From Clostridium sp. CAG:762 (lineage in GTDB: Bacteria; Bacillota_I; Bacilli_A; RF39; UBA660), in NCBI GenBank assembly GCA_000432575.1, contig HF996829.1, positions 35,272 to 99,271 of the forward strand: a DNA stretch of 64,000 nucleotides, in the 5' to 3' direction. A program made the translations under genes and the position numbers. Under the pieces are notes generated by a model, which saw only the letters and a list, made by a program, of their open reading frames with translations, searched no databases and was not told where the DNA came from. Shown here piece by piece: positions 19,391 through 28,948 of the stretch (the stretch's first letter is position 1; the number at the start of each line of letters is the position of its first letter).

Positions 19391-21842
19391 ATTCCTCTTC
19401 TCCTAACACATTTCCATATTTTTTATTTCTATTAGAAAATGATTTTCTACCACCATCTAAAATATTCATTATTTCTTCTTTATCATCCTGCGATTCTATT
19501 AAATAATTTTTATAATCTATTTCACCATCATTAGTCACAAATATATAATTAAATGCATCACCATATACCGCAACTGTAGGATTATGAGTTACAAAAATTA
19601 ATTGCTTAATTTTTTTCTTTTCTTTTATTATTGAAACTAGCTTTTGACTAATATAATCATTATCAATATTATCTTCAGGTTGGTCAAATAGTAATATTAA
19701 TTCGTTAAGTTCAAATAACATATCTAAATATGCTACCGACTTCATTCCTGGAGATTCCTTTGATAAATCAGTAATAGTTCTCTTATCAATTTGTTCAAAC
19801 AAATCCTTTTTTACCTTTATATCATCAATATTTATTTTTGAATTAATTTTAAAAAACTCTTTTTTAGGTTGAAATATTTCATTTTGTATGAATTTTGACA
19901 ATTCTGCGGATAAACTGTTGATATTAGCTTTTAGATTTCTTTCTCCATTAATATACTTCATTATTAAACTAAAATCACTTGAATCACTTTTTACTTTCGA
20001 AATTGTACTTGCTATTTTTTCATAAATTGTATCAATAAGATTATCTGGTACTTCATATGAAGTTGTAAATAAATATGGCATTTTAACATATTTCTTTATA
20101 ACAGGGCTTTCTTGTTTAAAATTATCAAGTAAATAATTTAACTTTTTAGAATCTAATATTATTTTAAAATTTCTTTTTATTATATTAATAATACTATTTA
20201 AATTTTTTCGTTGTTCTTGTATTATTTTTTTAGATTCATCTCTTTCACTTATAATTTTGTTTGTTCTCTCATTACTATTTTTTACAACTTCACTATATTT
20301 ATCAAGTAAAAATTTGTATTCACTATATTTTTCAATTATTGTACTATTAATATTTTTTAATTCATCAATATTTAATCCATAATTTTCAAATTCTTTTACT
20401 AATTCATTTAGAGATTTTGAAAGACTATTTATTTTAATAGATACTGAGTCACTGCTTATTTCTGCATAAGTATCATATGTATAATAGTCAGTTTTATCTT
20501 TTAAAATCTTTAAAATTGATGTTATATTTTTATAATTGATATCAATTGGTTTTACATTTTTAGCAATATCTATTATTTGATTAATATATGATAAATCATA
20601 ATCATCTATTTTAGGAAAATATGAAGATATTTGCTTATTAGCAATATCAGGATTTTTATATATTTCAGAAATCTTATCTTGTTCTAATACAGCAAGTGAA
20701 GATAATTGACCAGGATTAATTTTAATTCCATTATAATCAATTCCCAAAACGTTTTTAATATTAAAATTTTTATAATCTGTTGTTATTTTATTATTAGATT
20801 TATTTAAATTCTCAATTATTGCTAATAGTAATGACTTGCCACTTCCTCTTTTTCCAATTATTACATTTAAACCAGGCGAAAAATTAATATCCTTGTTTTT
20901 ACCATTAAGTTCAAAAGAAATACTACTAATAATATTAGGAGGAATTGGTATTTGTTCTTCAGCAGATTTAATAATTCTCGATTGTGGATCTAATACAGCT
21001 AATTCAAATGTTTCAAAAAAGTATTCCAATGAGCCAAAAATATAATTATATATTTGTGGATTATATGGTTCAGCATTATGCCAATCACTAAATTTAAAAT
21101 AACTAAAATAATTACCATAATTTATTATATAATCATATATTTTTTTACAATCCTTATCTGCTATTTCATACTTTTTATCATTTATCTTTTTCCTTATTTC
21201 AGATATAATGAATTTCTTTTCTTTTTCACTTTTATCTTTTAAATTTTTTTCAAACGCTTGAGTTTGTTCATAAAACCCTAACGCCCAATTATCACATGAC
21301 CTTTCATTAAAAGAGGCTGTAACATCAAAAGCACTAAATATTTTGTACATTGCATATTTATTTATATCATTAGACTCTTCTATTGATATTTTATCTAATA
21401 TACTTAAAATACCTCTTGCTTTATTTCCTTCAGGTACAAGGATTATTTTACATTTTAATTGTACAATACAATTTATTATTTCGTGAAATTTTGGTTTATT
21501 ATCATTCTTATAAAGATCATTCAATATTTTTTCCAATCTATTTCCATCTAGATTGTTATCGAAATAAACTCCCATTTGAAAAAAATCTTTATCATTTACA
21601 TAAACATCTAATTCAGTTCCATTTATTATTTCAATTGGTTTGTCTATAATATATTTCCGAATATCATCATAATATGATGATGAATAGACATCATGATCAG
21701 TAATGCTAAAAATGTTTATCCCCTTATCTAAAAGAGCATCCACATAATCCTTAGCACTCATTTGCTTTACTCTAGTTTTATCCTTACTTTTTGAATAATA
21801 TGAATGCATATGCATATCACATTTTAACCATTGTTGTTTCAT
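19377..21842 (-). CDS. PHP-domain phosphoesterase fused to an ABC/AAA-type ATPase (single-gene Ppl-like antiphage architecture)
   Basis: N-terminus MHMHSYYS..FSITDHD (PHP His/Asp motifs). Walker A GLNVIIGKRGSGKSLLL, Walker B LILLFDQPEDNID, and H-loop FVTHNP; 821 aa. Confidence 0.55.
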   Translation of the reverse strand: MKQQWLKCDMHMHSYYSKSKDKTRVKQMSAKDYVDALLDKGINIFSITDHDVYSSSYYDDIRKYIIDKPIEIINGTELDVYVNDKDFFQMGVYFDNNLDGNRLEKILNDLYKNDNKPKFHEIINCIVQLKCKIILVPEGNKARGILSILDKISIEESNDINKYAMYKIFSAFDVTASFNERSCDNWALGFYEQTQAFEKNLKDKSEKEKKFIISEIRKKINDKKYEIADKDCKKIYDYIINYGNYFSYFKFSDWHNAEPYNPQIYNYIFGSLEYFFETFELAVLDPQSRIIKSAEEQIPIPPNIISSISFELNGKNKDINFSPGLNVIIGKRGSGKSLLLAIIENLNKSNNKITTDYKNFNIKNVLGIDYNGIKINPGQLSSLAVLEQDKISEIYKNPDIANKQISSYFPKIDDYDLSYINQIIDIAKNVKPIDINYKNITSILKILKDKTDYYTYDTYAEISSDSVSIKINSLSKSLNELVKEFENYGLNIDELKNINSTIIEKYSEYKFLLDKYSEVVKNSNERTNKIISERDESKKIIQEQRKNLNSIINIIKRNFKIILDSKKLNYLLDNFKQESPVIKKYVKMPYLFTTSYEVPDNLIDTIYEKIASTISKVKSDSSDFSLIMKYINGERNLKANINSLSAELSKFIQNEIFQPKKEFFKINSKINIDDIKVKKDLFEQIDKRTITDLSKESPGMKSVAYLDMLFELNELILLFDQPEDNIDNDYISQKLVSIIKEKKKIKQLIFVTHNPTVAVYGDAFNYIFVTNDGEIDYKNYLIESQDDKEEIMNILDGGRKSFSNRNKKYGNVLGEEEYGNN

Positions 21843-21917
21843 TTATACTACCTCCACTACATAAAAAGCGCAATACAAAAACTTAAACAAGTGTAAGCCT
21901 GTACTAGCGCTTTAAAA

Positions 21918-23081
21918 TTATTTATTTCCCTTTGCTCTATTATGTGTCTGACATAACATTTGACAATTATCTATATCTGTAGATCCGCCTTTACTCCATG
22001 CAGTAACATGATCTGCATCCATTTCTTTTAATTCCCAAATTCTATTTTTATTATTATCATTTCCTATTGCACATAATGGACAATTACTTATATCTTTTAA
22101 TTTTGCATCTTGAGTTTGTTTTTCATATACAACTCGCTTTGTATTATCATCAAATACTCTAATATTCAAAAGTTTAGTATCTTTACATCCACCTAATATA
22201 TACTCACATATACCTTTAGTATCTTTAACTTGTGGATCAGCATATAATTTACATAATATTTCAGAAACCTTATTAGGATCATATGAATTGTTATGATATG
22301 TTTCATATAATCTTCCCCATTCAAGACCTCTCATATCTGATTTTACATCTTTAAATACAGTTGATACCCAAGTTATTACAGAATTGAAATATGTTCTTAA
22401 TTCTGTAATATTAGTATCAAATCTATGTTGACTCATGTAACTATCAATATTACCTTTACTTACCCAATTAAGAGCTGTTGCAAGATATTCTTGCCTATTT
22501 ACATCACCTTTTATATATGCGCTCCATTTTTGAATATTTGCATTTTGAGAATTAGAAAATTCTTCACGAGCCATAGTTACAAAAGGTCCAGAATAAATAG
22601 CATTTAATAATTCTTGATTATTTAGTGGAACACCTACAATATTAATTGTTTTAAACCATTCTTTAATTTCTGATTCTTCACCCTCACAAATATAAATTGT
22701 TAACTGTGAATCAAGAATCTTATCTTGTAAATTTTTAGCCAGTCCATCAAAATATTGCTCCATACAATGTTCATCTTTAATAGCAAATTTATCTGTAATA
22801 AATCTTCCAAAACTAGTAACTCTTTGTTGCCCATCTAAAATTTCATATTTATCTTCTCCAACTTTAACAAAATATAATAAACCTAGTGGATAACCTTTTA
22901 ATAATGAATTAATTACAGCAACATCCCTTTTTCCATCAGCATAAATATAGTTTCTTTGATATTCAGGTTGAATTGTTAATTTTCCACCCCATCCAAATAA
23001 GCCTTTTCCTTCATATTCATTATAAACAAATCCTTCATTTATATCTCTAACAGTTAAATCAGTTTTCAATATTGTTTTCAT
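21918..23081 (-). CDS. DUF262 (ParB-like) + C-terminal HNH nuclease: GmrSD-like type IV restriction endonuclease
   Basis: [14 protein letters not shown] (DGQQR motif) at the N-terminus and [31 protein letters not shown] (HNH) at the C-terminus. Confidence 0.7.
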   Translation of the reverse strand: MKTILKTDLTVRDINEGFVYNEYEGKGLFGWGGKLTIQPEYQRNYIYADGKRDVAVINSLLKGYPLGLLYFVKVGEDKYEILDGQQRVTSFGRFITDKFAIKDEHCMEQYFDGLAKNLQDKILDSQLTIYICEGEESEIKEWFKTINIVGVPLNNQELLNAIYSGPFVTMAREEFSNSQNANIQKWSAYIKGDVNRQEYLATALNWVSKGNIDSYMSQHRFDTNITELRTYFNSVITWVSTVFKDVKSDMRGLEWGRLYETYHNNSYDPNKVSEILCKLYADPQVKDTKGICEYILGGCKDTKLLNIRVFDDNTKRVVYEKQTQDAKLKDISNCPLCAIGNDNNKNRIWELKEMDADHVTAWSKGGSTDIDNCQMLCQTHNRAKGNK

Positions 23082-24180
23082 TATTTACCTCCTTAAATTC
23101 TATTAATATTCTAGCATATACTCTTTTACCATTTATTAATGGACATGCAAGTCTTTCTCCTTTAAATGGAATGCCGACAATAAAAGCATCATATCCAGCT
23201 GATGCCAGAAGTCCAACAATCCTAAATTGTTCTGGATTATATTTATCCAAAAAAGTAATTGGAACTCCCATAACACCTTTGTAATCTGCCGGAATTGAAT
23301 CTGTAAAAGAAATATCAATAGCATCATAATTATCGTATTTTGGATATCCATGTTCCCTTATTTGTTTATGTTTACTATATTTTAAATTATCTTCCATTGT
23401 CATTAATTGTAATGGTTGATGTCTCCTTCCATGTTCTATATTGGTAAGCCATAAACAATTATTAGTAGAAACTATTCTAAGTCCTTCTTCATTTATGCGT
23501 GCTTCTGTACCATACAATTCATATGATTTTGGGACAATAAATCCCGAAATCCATCTACCCATTCCATTGCCTAACCATGCTCTATTCGTTCTTATCAAAG
23601 TAAATACTTCTTTATATGATATACAATTAATATTGCCAATTAATAAAAATTGTTTGTTTGCTTCTACTACCCACGATAAAAATTCCCTAAATAAACTAAA
23701 TGGTGGATTAGTGATTATTATATTAGCTTCATTGCGAAGTTTTTTTACTTCTTCAGATCTAAAATCACCATCACCTTCTAGATAATCCCACTTTAAATCT
23801 TCAATATCTATTCTTCCTGAATTGTTTTCATCTCTATCTAAAATAAATACCTTCCCATGTGTTTTAGTTTTATTTTTATCAAATTTTGGAGATTTTTCTT
23901 CAAAAAGCGATAGCTGAACCATTACATTTTCTTTTTTATCATTTGCATAACTAGTACTTATAAGTTTTTTTAATCCAAACCTTTCAAAGTTTTGTGCAAA
24001 AAATTTTGTAAAATTACTCCATTCTGGATCATCACACGGAAGTAAAACTATTTTGTCTCTAAACAAATTAGGATTATATTCTAAATATGCATTAACCTCC
24101 TTTTGTATATCTGAATATAATGTATAAAACTCATCATTTTTTGATTCTTTTGCTTTCTTTAGCATTTCTCTTTTTGGCAT
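23059..24180 (-). CDS. N6-adenine-specific DNA methyltransferase
   Basis: Motif [11 protein letters not shown]; an N-terminal [17 protein letters not shown] region; 373 aa. The start overlaps GmrSD-like gene by 23 nt. Confidence 0.7.
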   Translation of the reverse strand: MPKREMLKKAKESKNDEFYTLYSDIQKEVNAYLEYNPNLFRDKIVLLPCDDPEWSNFTKFFAQNFERFGLKKLISTSYANDKKENVMVQLSLFEEKSPKFDKNKTKTHGKVFILDRDENNSGRIDIEDLKWDYLEGDGDFRSEEVKKLRNEANIIITNPPFSLFREFLSWVVEANKQFLLIGNINCISYKEVFTLIRTNRAWLGNGMGRWISGFIVPKSYELYGTEARINEEGLRIVSTNNCLWLTNIEHGRRHQPLQLMTMEDNLKYSKHKQIREHGYPKYDNYDAIDISFTDSIPADYKGVMGVPITFLDKYNPEQFRIVGLLASAGYDAFIVGIPFKGERLACPLINGKRVYARILIEFKEVNNENNIEN

Positions 24181-24184
24181 ATAA

Positions 24185-24841
24185 TCACTTCCTACTAACT
24201 AAAATTTTTTCTAACTTATGTTCTAATTGATATAAAGTATTTTCACTAGATACATCTCCACCTAGGTCTTCAAGTGCTGAATATAATATTTGACGTTTTG
24301 ATGGATTTGAATTATTTGGTACCTCAATATCCGTATTTTTCTCATATATACCTAAAGTTCCATCTTCATTTGTTTTAGAATAATAATCTTTTCCAGTTAA
24401 ACTTGAATGAAAACTAATATTTTTAAAATGATGTCTATTTTTTGACAACATTAAAGCATCTTTCTTATCTTCTATTTCCTTTGCTGTTTCTTTCCATAGA
24501 TGAAGTCTATCAGTTGTTCCATTTATTTCAGTCATACTTTCAAATGCAGAATACATTTCTTCTGGACTCATATGGTAGAATTCTCTTACTCTAATTTTAT
24601 CTCCTATTTTTTCTTTACTTCTTAATTCTGGATTTATAGTATCTATGAATTTGTGTAATTTTATATCAGTTAATCTCTCAGTTACATCAAAAGTTGCATA
24701 AATATGAAAAGAAAAAGGAACCGCTTCAGAATTATTTAATTGTTTTACTCTTAGTTCAACATCATCTGCATATCCAATTTTGATATATTCTGGAAATGAT
24801 GGATTAGTTAATATATAAATTACACCACATTTTTCTTTCAT
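24185..24841 (-). CDS. GIY-YIG (T5orf172-type) domain protein, possible nuclease partner of the methyltransferase
   Basis: GVIYILTNPSFPEYIKIGYA...R..QLN at the N-terminus; C-terminal half unknown. Confidence 0.5.
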   Translation of the reverse strand: MKEKCGVIYILTNPSFPEYIKIGYADDVELRVKQLNNSEAVPFSFHIYATFDVTERLTDIKLHKFIDTINPELRSKEKIGDKIRVREFYHMSPEEMYSAFESMTEINGTTDRLHLWKETAKEIEDKKDALMLSKNRHHFKNISFHSSLTGKDYYSKTNEDGTLGIYEKNTDIEVPNNSNPSKRQILYSALEDLGGDVSSENTLYQLEHKLEKILVSRK

Positions 24842-24856
24842 ACACTCTCACTCCTA

Positions 24857-24886
24857 AAGTTTTAACTCAATAATATTATATCATAC
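24857..24886 (-). promoter_or_regulatory. Candidate extended -10 promoter (TGaTATAAT) for the GIY-YIG/MTase/GmrSD operon
   Basis: The minus strand reads ..AATTGTCGAATTGTATGATATAATATTATTGAG.. about 35 nt upstream of the ATG. Confidence 0.3.
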
Positions 24887-25081
24887 AATTCGACAATTTT
24901 TTAATTTTGACATTGAAATAATTACAAATTTTAATTTTCAAAATAGGTTTTGGGAGTATTCCCACAATAGAATTTCGTACAGGAGTACAAATTCATTGCT
25001 TGCTAGACAATAAATTTACTCCCAAACCAATTAATTCACATTTAAAAACTCTATCAGTTTCATCTGACAGAGTTCTACTTT

Positions 25082-25381
25082 TTAATAATATTTCTTCAAT
25101 ATCATTGGATTATCTTTTACTATTACTAAATTATATTTTATTTTTAATATTTCTTTTATCTTAGGTATAAGTCTACTAATATCACATCTACAATTAAATA
25201 TATCTACAGCAGAGTTAATATGATTTATTAAATTATATTCTGATAAGCAATATCTACTATATGAATTTGCTAAATAAAATACTACTAAATCAGGTATAAC
25301 ATATTTATTTAAATAATCATTAACATTGTTATAGAAAGGCAAATATATTTCTTCAAATTCTTTATCAGTTATATCACACAT
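25082..25381 (-). CDS. Hypothetical protein (99 aa)
   Basis: ORF only; 8-nt overlap with the tnpV-like gene. Confidence 0.35.
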   Translation of the reverse strand: MCDITDKEFEEIYLPFYNNVNDYLNKYVIPDLVVFYLANSYSRYCLSEYNLINHINSAVDIFNCRCDISRLIPKIKEILKIKYNLVIVKDNPMILKKYY

Positions 25382-25724
25382 AGATATACTCCTTTAAAAC
25401 TATTTCTTCTACCATATTTTTTATATTATTCATTTTACCTATCCATAACATTTTATTACTACTTTTTAATTCTTCAGTAATATTTTCTTTTTCAGCTAGG
25501 TCTTTAATTAACTTCTTCACCATCTCCATAACAATAGTATCAACATTATGAAGATATTCATTTAATGTATCACTAACAAGTAAATCAAAATATAATCCTA
25601 ATTTGTAATTCTTAATATAATTTAATCTTAATAACCCATATTTTCCTATATTATATTGTTTTTTATTTTCTAATATTAAATCTGGCAATAAATAATCACC
25701 ACTCTTAGTGTAACTAATATTCAT
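25374..25724 (-). CDS. tnpV: TnpV-family transposon protein (Tn4451 TnpV-like)
   Basis: SYTKSGDYLLPDL..GKYGLLRLNYIKN..YFDLLVSDTLNEYL..ITEELKSSNKMLWIGKMNNIKNMVEEIVLKEYIY matches the conserved TnpV pattern (GDYxxPDL, GxYG, GTLxxHL, VTExLKAxDxxxWxxxMNxI..AEEIV). Confidence 0.6.
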   Translation of the reverse strand: MNISYTKSGDYLLPDLILENKKQYNIGKYGLLRLNYIKNYKLGLYFDLLVSDTLNEYLHNVDTIVMEMVKKLIKDLAEKENITEELKSSNKMLWIGKMNNIKNMVEEIVLKEYIYV

Positions 25725-25919
25725 AACAGTTCTCCATTTCTTTCTATATTTATTTGGCTTTAATTGTTATACATTCGTTACACAATGACTATACTTCTAA
25801 TTTCAAATTTGGTAATAAATAATCACCAATTCTAGTGTAACTAATGCTCATAATTTTCCTCATTTCTTTCTATTTTATTTGGCTTTAATTGTTATACATT
25901 CGTTACACAATGACTATCG
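25684..25919. repeat. Imperfect tandem duplication (2 x about 110 bp, period about 127 bp, about 90% identical) of the right terminus, including the terminal inverted repeat and the 5' end of tnpV
   Basis: Copy 1 spans 25684-25794 and copy 2 spans 25811-25919. Both contain GGCTTTAATTGTTATACATTCGTTACACAATGACTAT, and copy 2 encodes a 21-codon remnant MSISYTRIGDYLLPNLKLEV*. Confidence 0.7.
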
Positions 25920-26200
25920 CCACCCCCTGCATTCAAGTGATTAGACACCACAACCACATTAGGATTGTTACCAAACGCATCCAACACCAAATTAGTTCTT
26001 TCATTTGGAGCCAATGTCTTATCACTATCACGCGTCAATGCAACAGGTATCCCCAGTTCCTTAAACCTATCATACATATACTTAGATATCATCAAATTAT
26101 AATCTTTTTCCTTCAAATTATTTCCCAAAGCACCCGAATCACTACCTCCATGACCAGGATCAATTACAATACCTACTAAAGATTTATCCATGTTTATCAC
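25920..26200 (-). pseudogene. N-terminal segment of the split N-acetylmuramoyl-L-alanine amidase (Amidase_3)
   Basis: MINMDKSLVGIVIDPGHGGSDSGALGNNLKEKDYNLMISKYM..GIPVALTRDSDKTLAPNERTNL..VVVVSNHLNAGGG, then an element-derived DSHCVTNV* (track ORF 25892..26200). Compare B. subtilis CwlC IFIDPGHGGSDPGA...FLSIHVNSGGGTG. Confidence 0.8.
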
Positions 26201-26656
26201 CTATATTAGTCTATGTAATAATAAAATTTTTGTTAAAACCAAATTAACCATAAAATATTAACTCAACATTTTTGTACATCTGTAGTGTACATTGCTCGGC
26301 TACAAAAACACTACTTAAGAATCAATAAATATAAAAAAAGAAAAAGCACTTATCAATTACAAAATACTATAAAGTTTCTACAACTCCTCCATACATTATT
26401 CACAATTTAGTTTTGTATACTATTGCTTTACATTTTACAATTTTTCCCTAAATTTTATCAACAATACCACAATCACATCAACTAATTCTATCTATATTCC
26501 TTATTTATCCTCTATTTTATACCTTTTTAACCGTTACTCAAGAATTATTATGTATATTCACCCTCAATTTTATATTATATACTATGTTTTTTTTCGTAAA
26601 ATGCACTAAATTTATAATACAAAGATAAATAAACAAAACTATCCCATGAGAGTCAA

Positions 26657-26929
26657 TTATCCTTTAATCTTACCACCTAACCACTTAGCCAGCAAATATC
26701 CCCCCAAAATAGAAAATAAAAAGTATATATGTACCACTCCATCATTTACTAACCTAAGTAACATAAAATAAAGGATTACATTAACAATAATAAAAAGTAT
26801 ATTAATAATTATTTTTAAAACAAGTCCCTTACAATATAAAAACTTATAATTAACACTTACTAAAATAAAGAAAACAATACCATATCCAAATGACATCAAT
26901 ATAGATTCTATTTGTAACAAAAGTTCCAT
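26657..26929 (-). CDS. yabQ: Sporulation membrane protein YabQ-like
   Basis: Small polytopic membrane protein immediately downstream of yabP, with a 1-nt overlap. Confidence 0.5.
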   Translation of the reverse strand: MELLLQIESILMSFGYGIVFFILVSVNYKFLYCKGLVLKIIINILFIIVNVILYFMLLRLVNDGVVHIYFLFSILGGYLLAKWLGGKIKG

Positions 26930-27237
26930 TATTTAAATAACCTTGTTAAAAAAGAATTCTCCTTTTCCTTTTTTAAAGAACTAGTTTCAAAATAACCCAA
27001 ACTATCAACGTGCCCTTTGATTGAAACATTTCCCTGATAAGTATCCAACTTAATAATTTCCAATTCGCTTCCCTTAATAACTAAATAACCAAGTGTCGTT
27101 TCCATCAAAAATTCCTCATTATCAAAACTTTCTATCTTCTTAACCCCACTTACTATAATGCTTTTCCTTTCTGCAATAGTAATACCATGACTAAAACTAC
27201 TACCAATTTCATTTACCTTGTCCATTATCTCACCCAT
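26929..27237 (-). CDS. yabP: Sporulation protein YabP
   Basis: ERKSIIVSGVKKIESFDNEEFLMETTLGYLVIKGSELEIIKLD..GNVSIKGHVDSL, the YabP family pattern. Confidence 0.7.
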   Translation of the reverse strand: MGEIMDKVNEIGSSFSHGITIAERKSIIVSGVKKIESFDNEEFLMETTLGYLVIKGSELEIIKLDTYQGNVSIKGHVDSLGYFETSSLKKEKENSFLTRLFK

Positions 27238-27267
27238 TTAATCATATGCACATATTAAAAAAAAAGA

Positions 27268-28068
27268 CTAATTTTTAAGTTTATTAGCCATTTCAACAAA
27301 AATATTTATATCCAACTGCTCAGCTCTAACAGATAAATCATAACCATACTTCTTTAAAACTTCCTCCACCTTCAGCAAATCATACCCTTTCAAATTGTTT
27401 CTTAAATTCTTCCTTTTAAAACAAAAACTGTCTCTCACAAGCTTATAAAACAAAGTCAAATCACAAACTTCCTGCTTCTTATCTCTTTTCTTTAAACATA
27501 TCACAGTACTATCAACCTTAGGTTTTGGAATAAATGAATTCTTACTAACATCAAATAACTTTTTAACCTCAAAATGATAATTCAAATAAACAGTTAAAGA
27601 ATTATAATCTTTATTCCCTGGTACAGCACAAAATCTATCAGCAACCTCCTTTTGTATCATAACGACAATATAAGAAACATCTATTGCATCAGTTATTAAC
27701 TTATTAATAATAGGTGTTGTAATGTAATAGGGCAAATTAGCAACCACATATAATTTCCTATAATTATATTCTTTTATATCCTTTACTACATCAGCCTTCA
27801 AAAAGTCCTGGAACTTTATATCGACATTATCAAAACTACAAAGATTATTTCTTAACACACTCTCTAACCTTGTATCTATCTCATAAGCTAAAACATTCCC
27901 TGCAACATACGCTAATTTACTAGTCAAAACACCACTTCCAGGACCTATTTCAATAACTAAAGTATCCTTATCTATTGGCAAAGAACTAACTATCTTATTA
28001 ATAATATTATCATCATTTAAAAAATTTTGCCCCAAAGACTTTCTAAAATTAAAATTCTTATCTATCAT
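27268..28068 (-). CDS. rsmA: 16S rRNA (adenine1518/1519-N6)-dimethyltransferase RsmA/KsgA
   Basis: FNFRKSLGQNFLNDDNII, EIGPGSGVLT. The start is taken at MIDKNFNF, which has a GGTGAG RBS (track ORF to 28089). Confidence 0.9.
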   Translation of the reverse strand: MIDKNFNFRKSLGQNFLNDDNIINKIVSSLPIDKDTLVIEIGPGSGVLTSKLAYVAGNVLAYEIDTRLESVLRNNLCSFDNVDIKFQDFLKADVVKDIKEYNYRKLYVVANLPYYITTPIINKLITDAIDVSYIVVMIQKEVADRFCAVPGNKDYNSLTVYLNYHFEVKKLFDVSKNSFIPKPKVDSTVICLKKRDKKQEVCDLTLFYKLVRDSFCFKRKNLRNNLKGYDLLKVEEVLKKYGYDLSVRAEQLDINIFVEMANKLKN

Positions 28069-28105
28069 AATCTCACCTACAAAAAGCACTAACTTAAGTT
28101 AGCGC

Positions 28106-28852
28106 CTATTTACCACTTCTAAGTATATCACAAGTAACATTATACTTCTTACCTATTGTTGTCTTAGCAATAGCTTCAGACTCGACAACTAAATCTATTT
28201 GAATCGATTTACTAAAACTAATCCCGCCTCCACGATCTAAAACAATAGCCAAAATTGGTTCCATACCATTTATATTAGAAATTCTAACAATTGAATACAT
28301 CGGTATAGACTTATCCATCGCTACAATCCTAAGTGTTCCAAACGTTGGATCATCATAATAAATAGTATCTCTTATTGAATAGCCAGATGCTGTCTTACCC
28401 GTAGTACAACCTCTACAATCATAACCATATCCTGTCATAACTAAATTCGTATAACTATTCAAAACAGGATAATTAGAAGTATCAATAGGATCATACCTTA
28501 CTACAGGCTTCTCTTCTACCTTAGGTTCTTCCTCTTTCTTTTCTTCTTCTTTGACTTCTTCTACCTTAGGAGTCTCAACTACCTTAGGTTCCTCATTTTG
28601 TTTATTCTCATCCGTTAATATTACTTCTTCTTGTTTTTCTTCTACTACCTCTTCTTTTTTATCTTCTGTATCAATTAAAATATCATCAACAAAAAACTTA
28701 GAAGTAGTATCTATCATTTTTACGGCATCACTATTCTCTACCGTAAACACTAGTTTCTCATCTTTATTTCTAGGCATTACGAGTACCACAAAAATTCCCG
28801 CAATCACAACTTCAAAAGCCGGCCAAAAAAACTTGGAAACTATTTTTCTCAT
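28106..28852 (-). CDS. YabE-like protein with a C-terminal 3D (MltA-like) domain and an acidic repeat linker
   Basis: N-terminal TM segment, an EEK/EEP-rich repeat linker, and a C-terminal TASGYSIRDTIYYDD..GTLRIVAMD (3D domain). Synteny metG-tatD-yabE-ksgA as in Bacillus. Confidence 0.6.
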   Translation of the reverse strand: MRKIVSKFFWPAFEVVIAGIFVVLVMPRNKDEKLVFTVENSDAVKMIDTTSKFFVDDILIDTEDKKEEVVEEKQEEVILTDENKQNEEPKVVETPKVEEVKEEEKKEEEPKVEEKPVVRYDPIDTSNYPVLNSYTNLVMTGYGYDCRGCTTGKTASGYSIRDTIYYDDPTFGTLRIVAMDKSIPMYSIVRISNINGMEPILAIVLDRGGGISFSKSIQIDLVVESEAIAKTTIGKKYNVTCDILRSGK

Positions 28853-28948
28853 TTTTTCACCTCTTAATTATTGTACTGAAAATGCCAAACTTTTCCATTC
28901 ATTTCGTGCATATCTTACTTCAGTAATAGAATTTTACCACAAAAGAAC

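Larger units (their letters stand above)
6411..25919. mobile_element. About 19.5-kb composite integrative (mobilizable) element inserted in the amidase gene; large serine recombinase type, TnpV-bearing, Tn4451-like, with a nested inner element and a defence island
   Basis: Both flanks are halves of one Amidase_3 gene. The termini are imperfect inverted repeats (plus strand 6414-6431 TGATAGTCAAAATGTAAC; 25902-25919 GTTACACAATGACTATCG) abutting a shared CCACC core. Two large serine recombinases, a MobV relaxase and tnpV lie inside. Confidence 0.7.

Noticed and set aside
20836-21649. Three plus-strand ORFs inside the PHP-ATPase gene
   Set aside because: Antisense to a long intact ORF with clear Walker motifs; typical AT-rich antisense ORFs.
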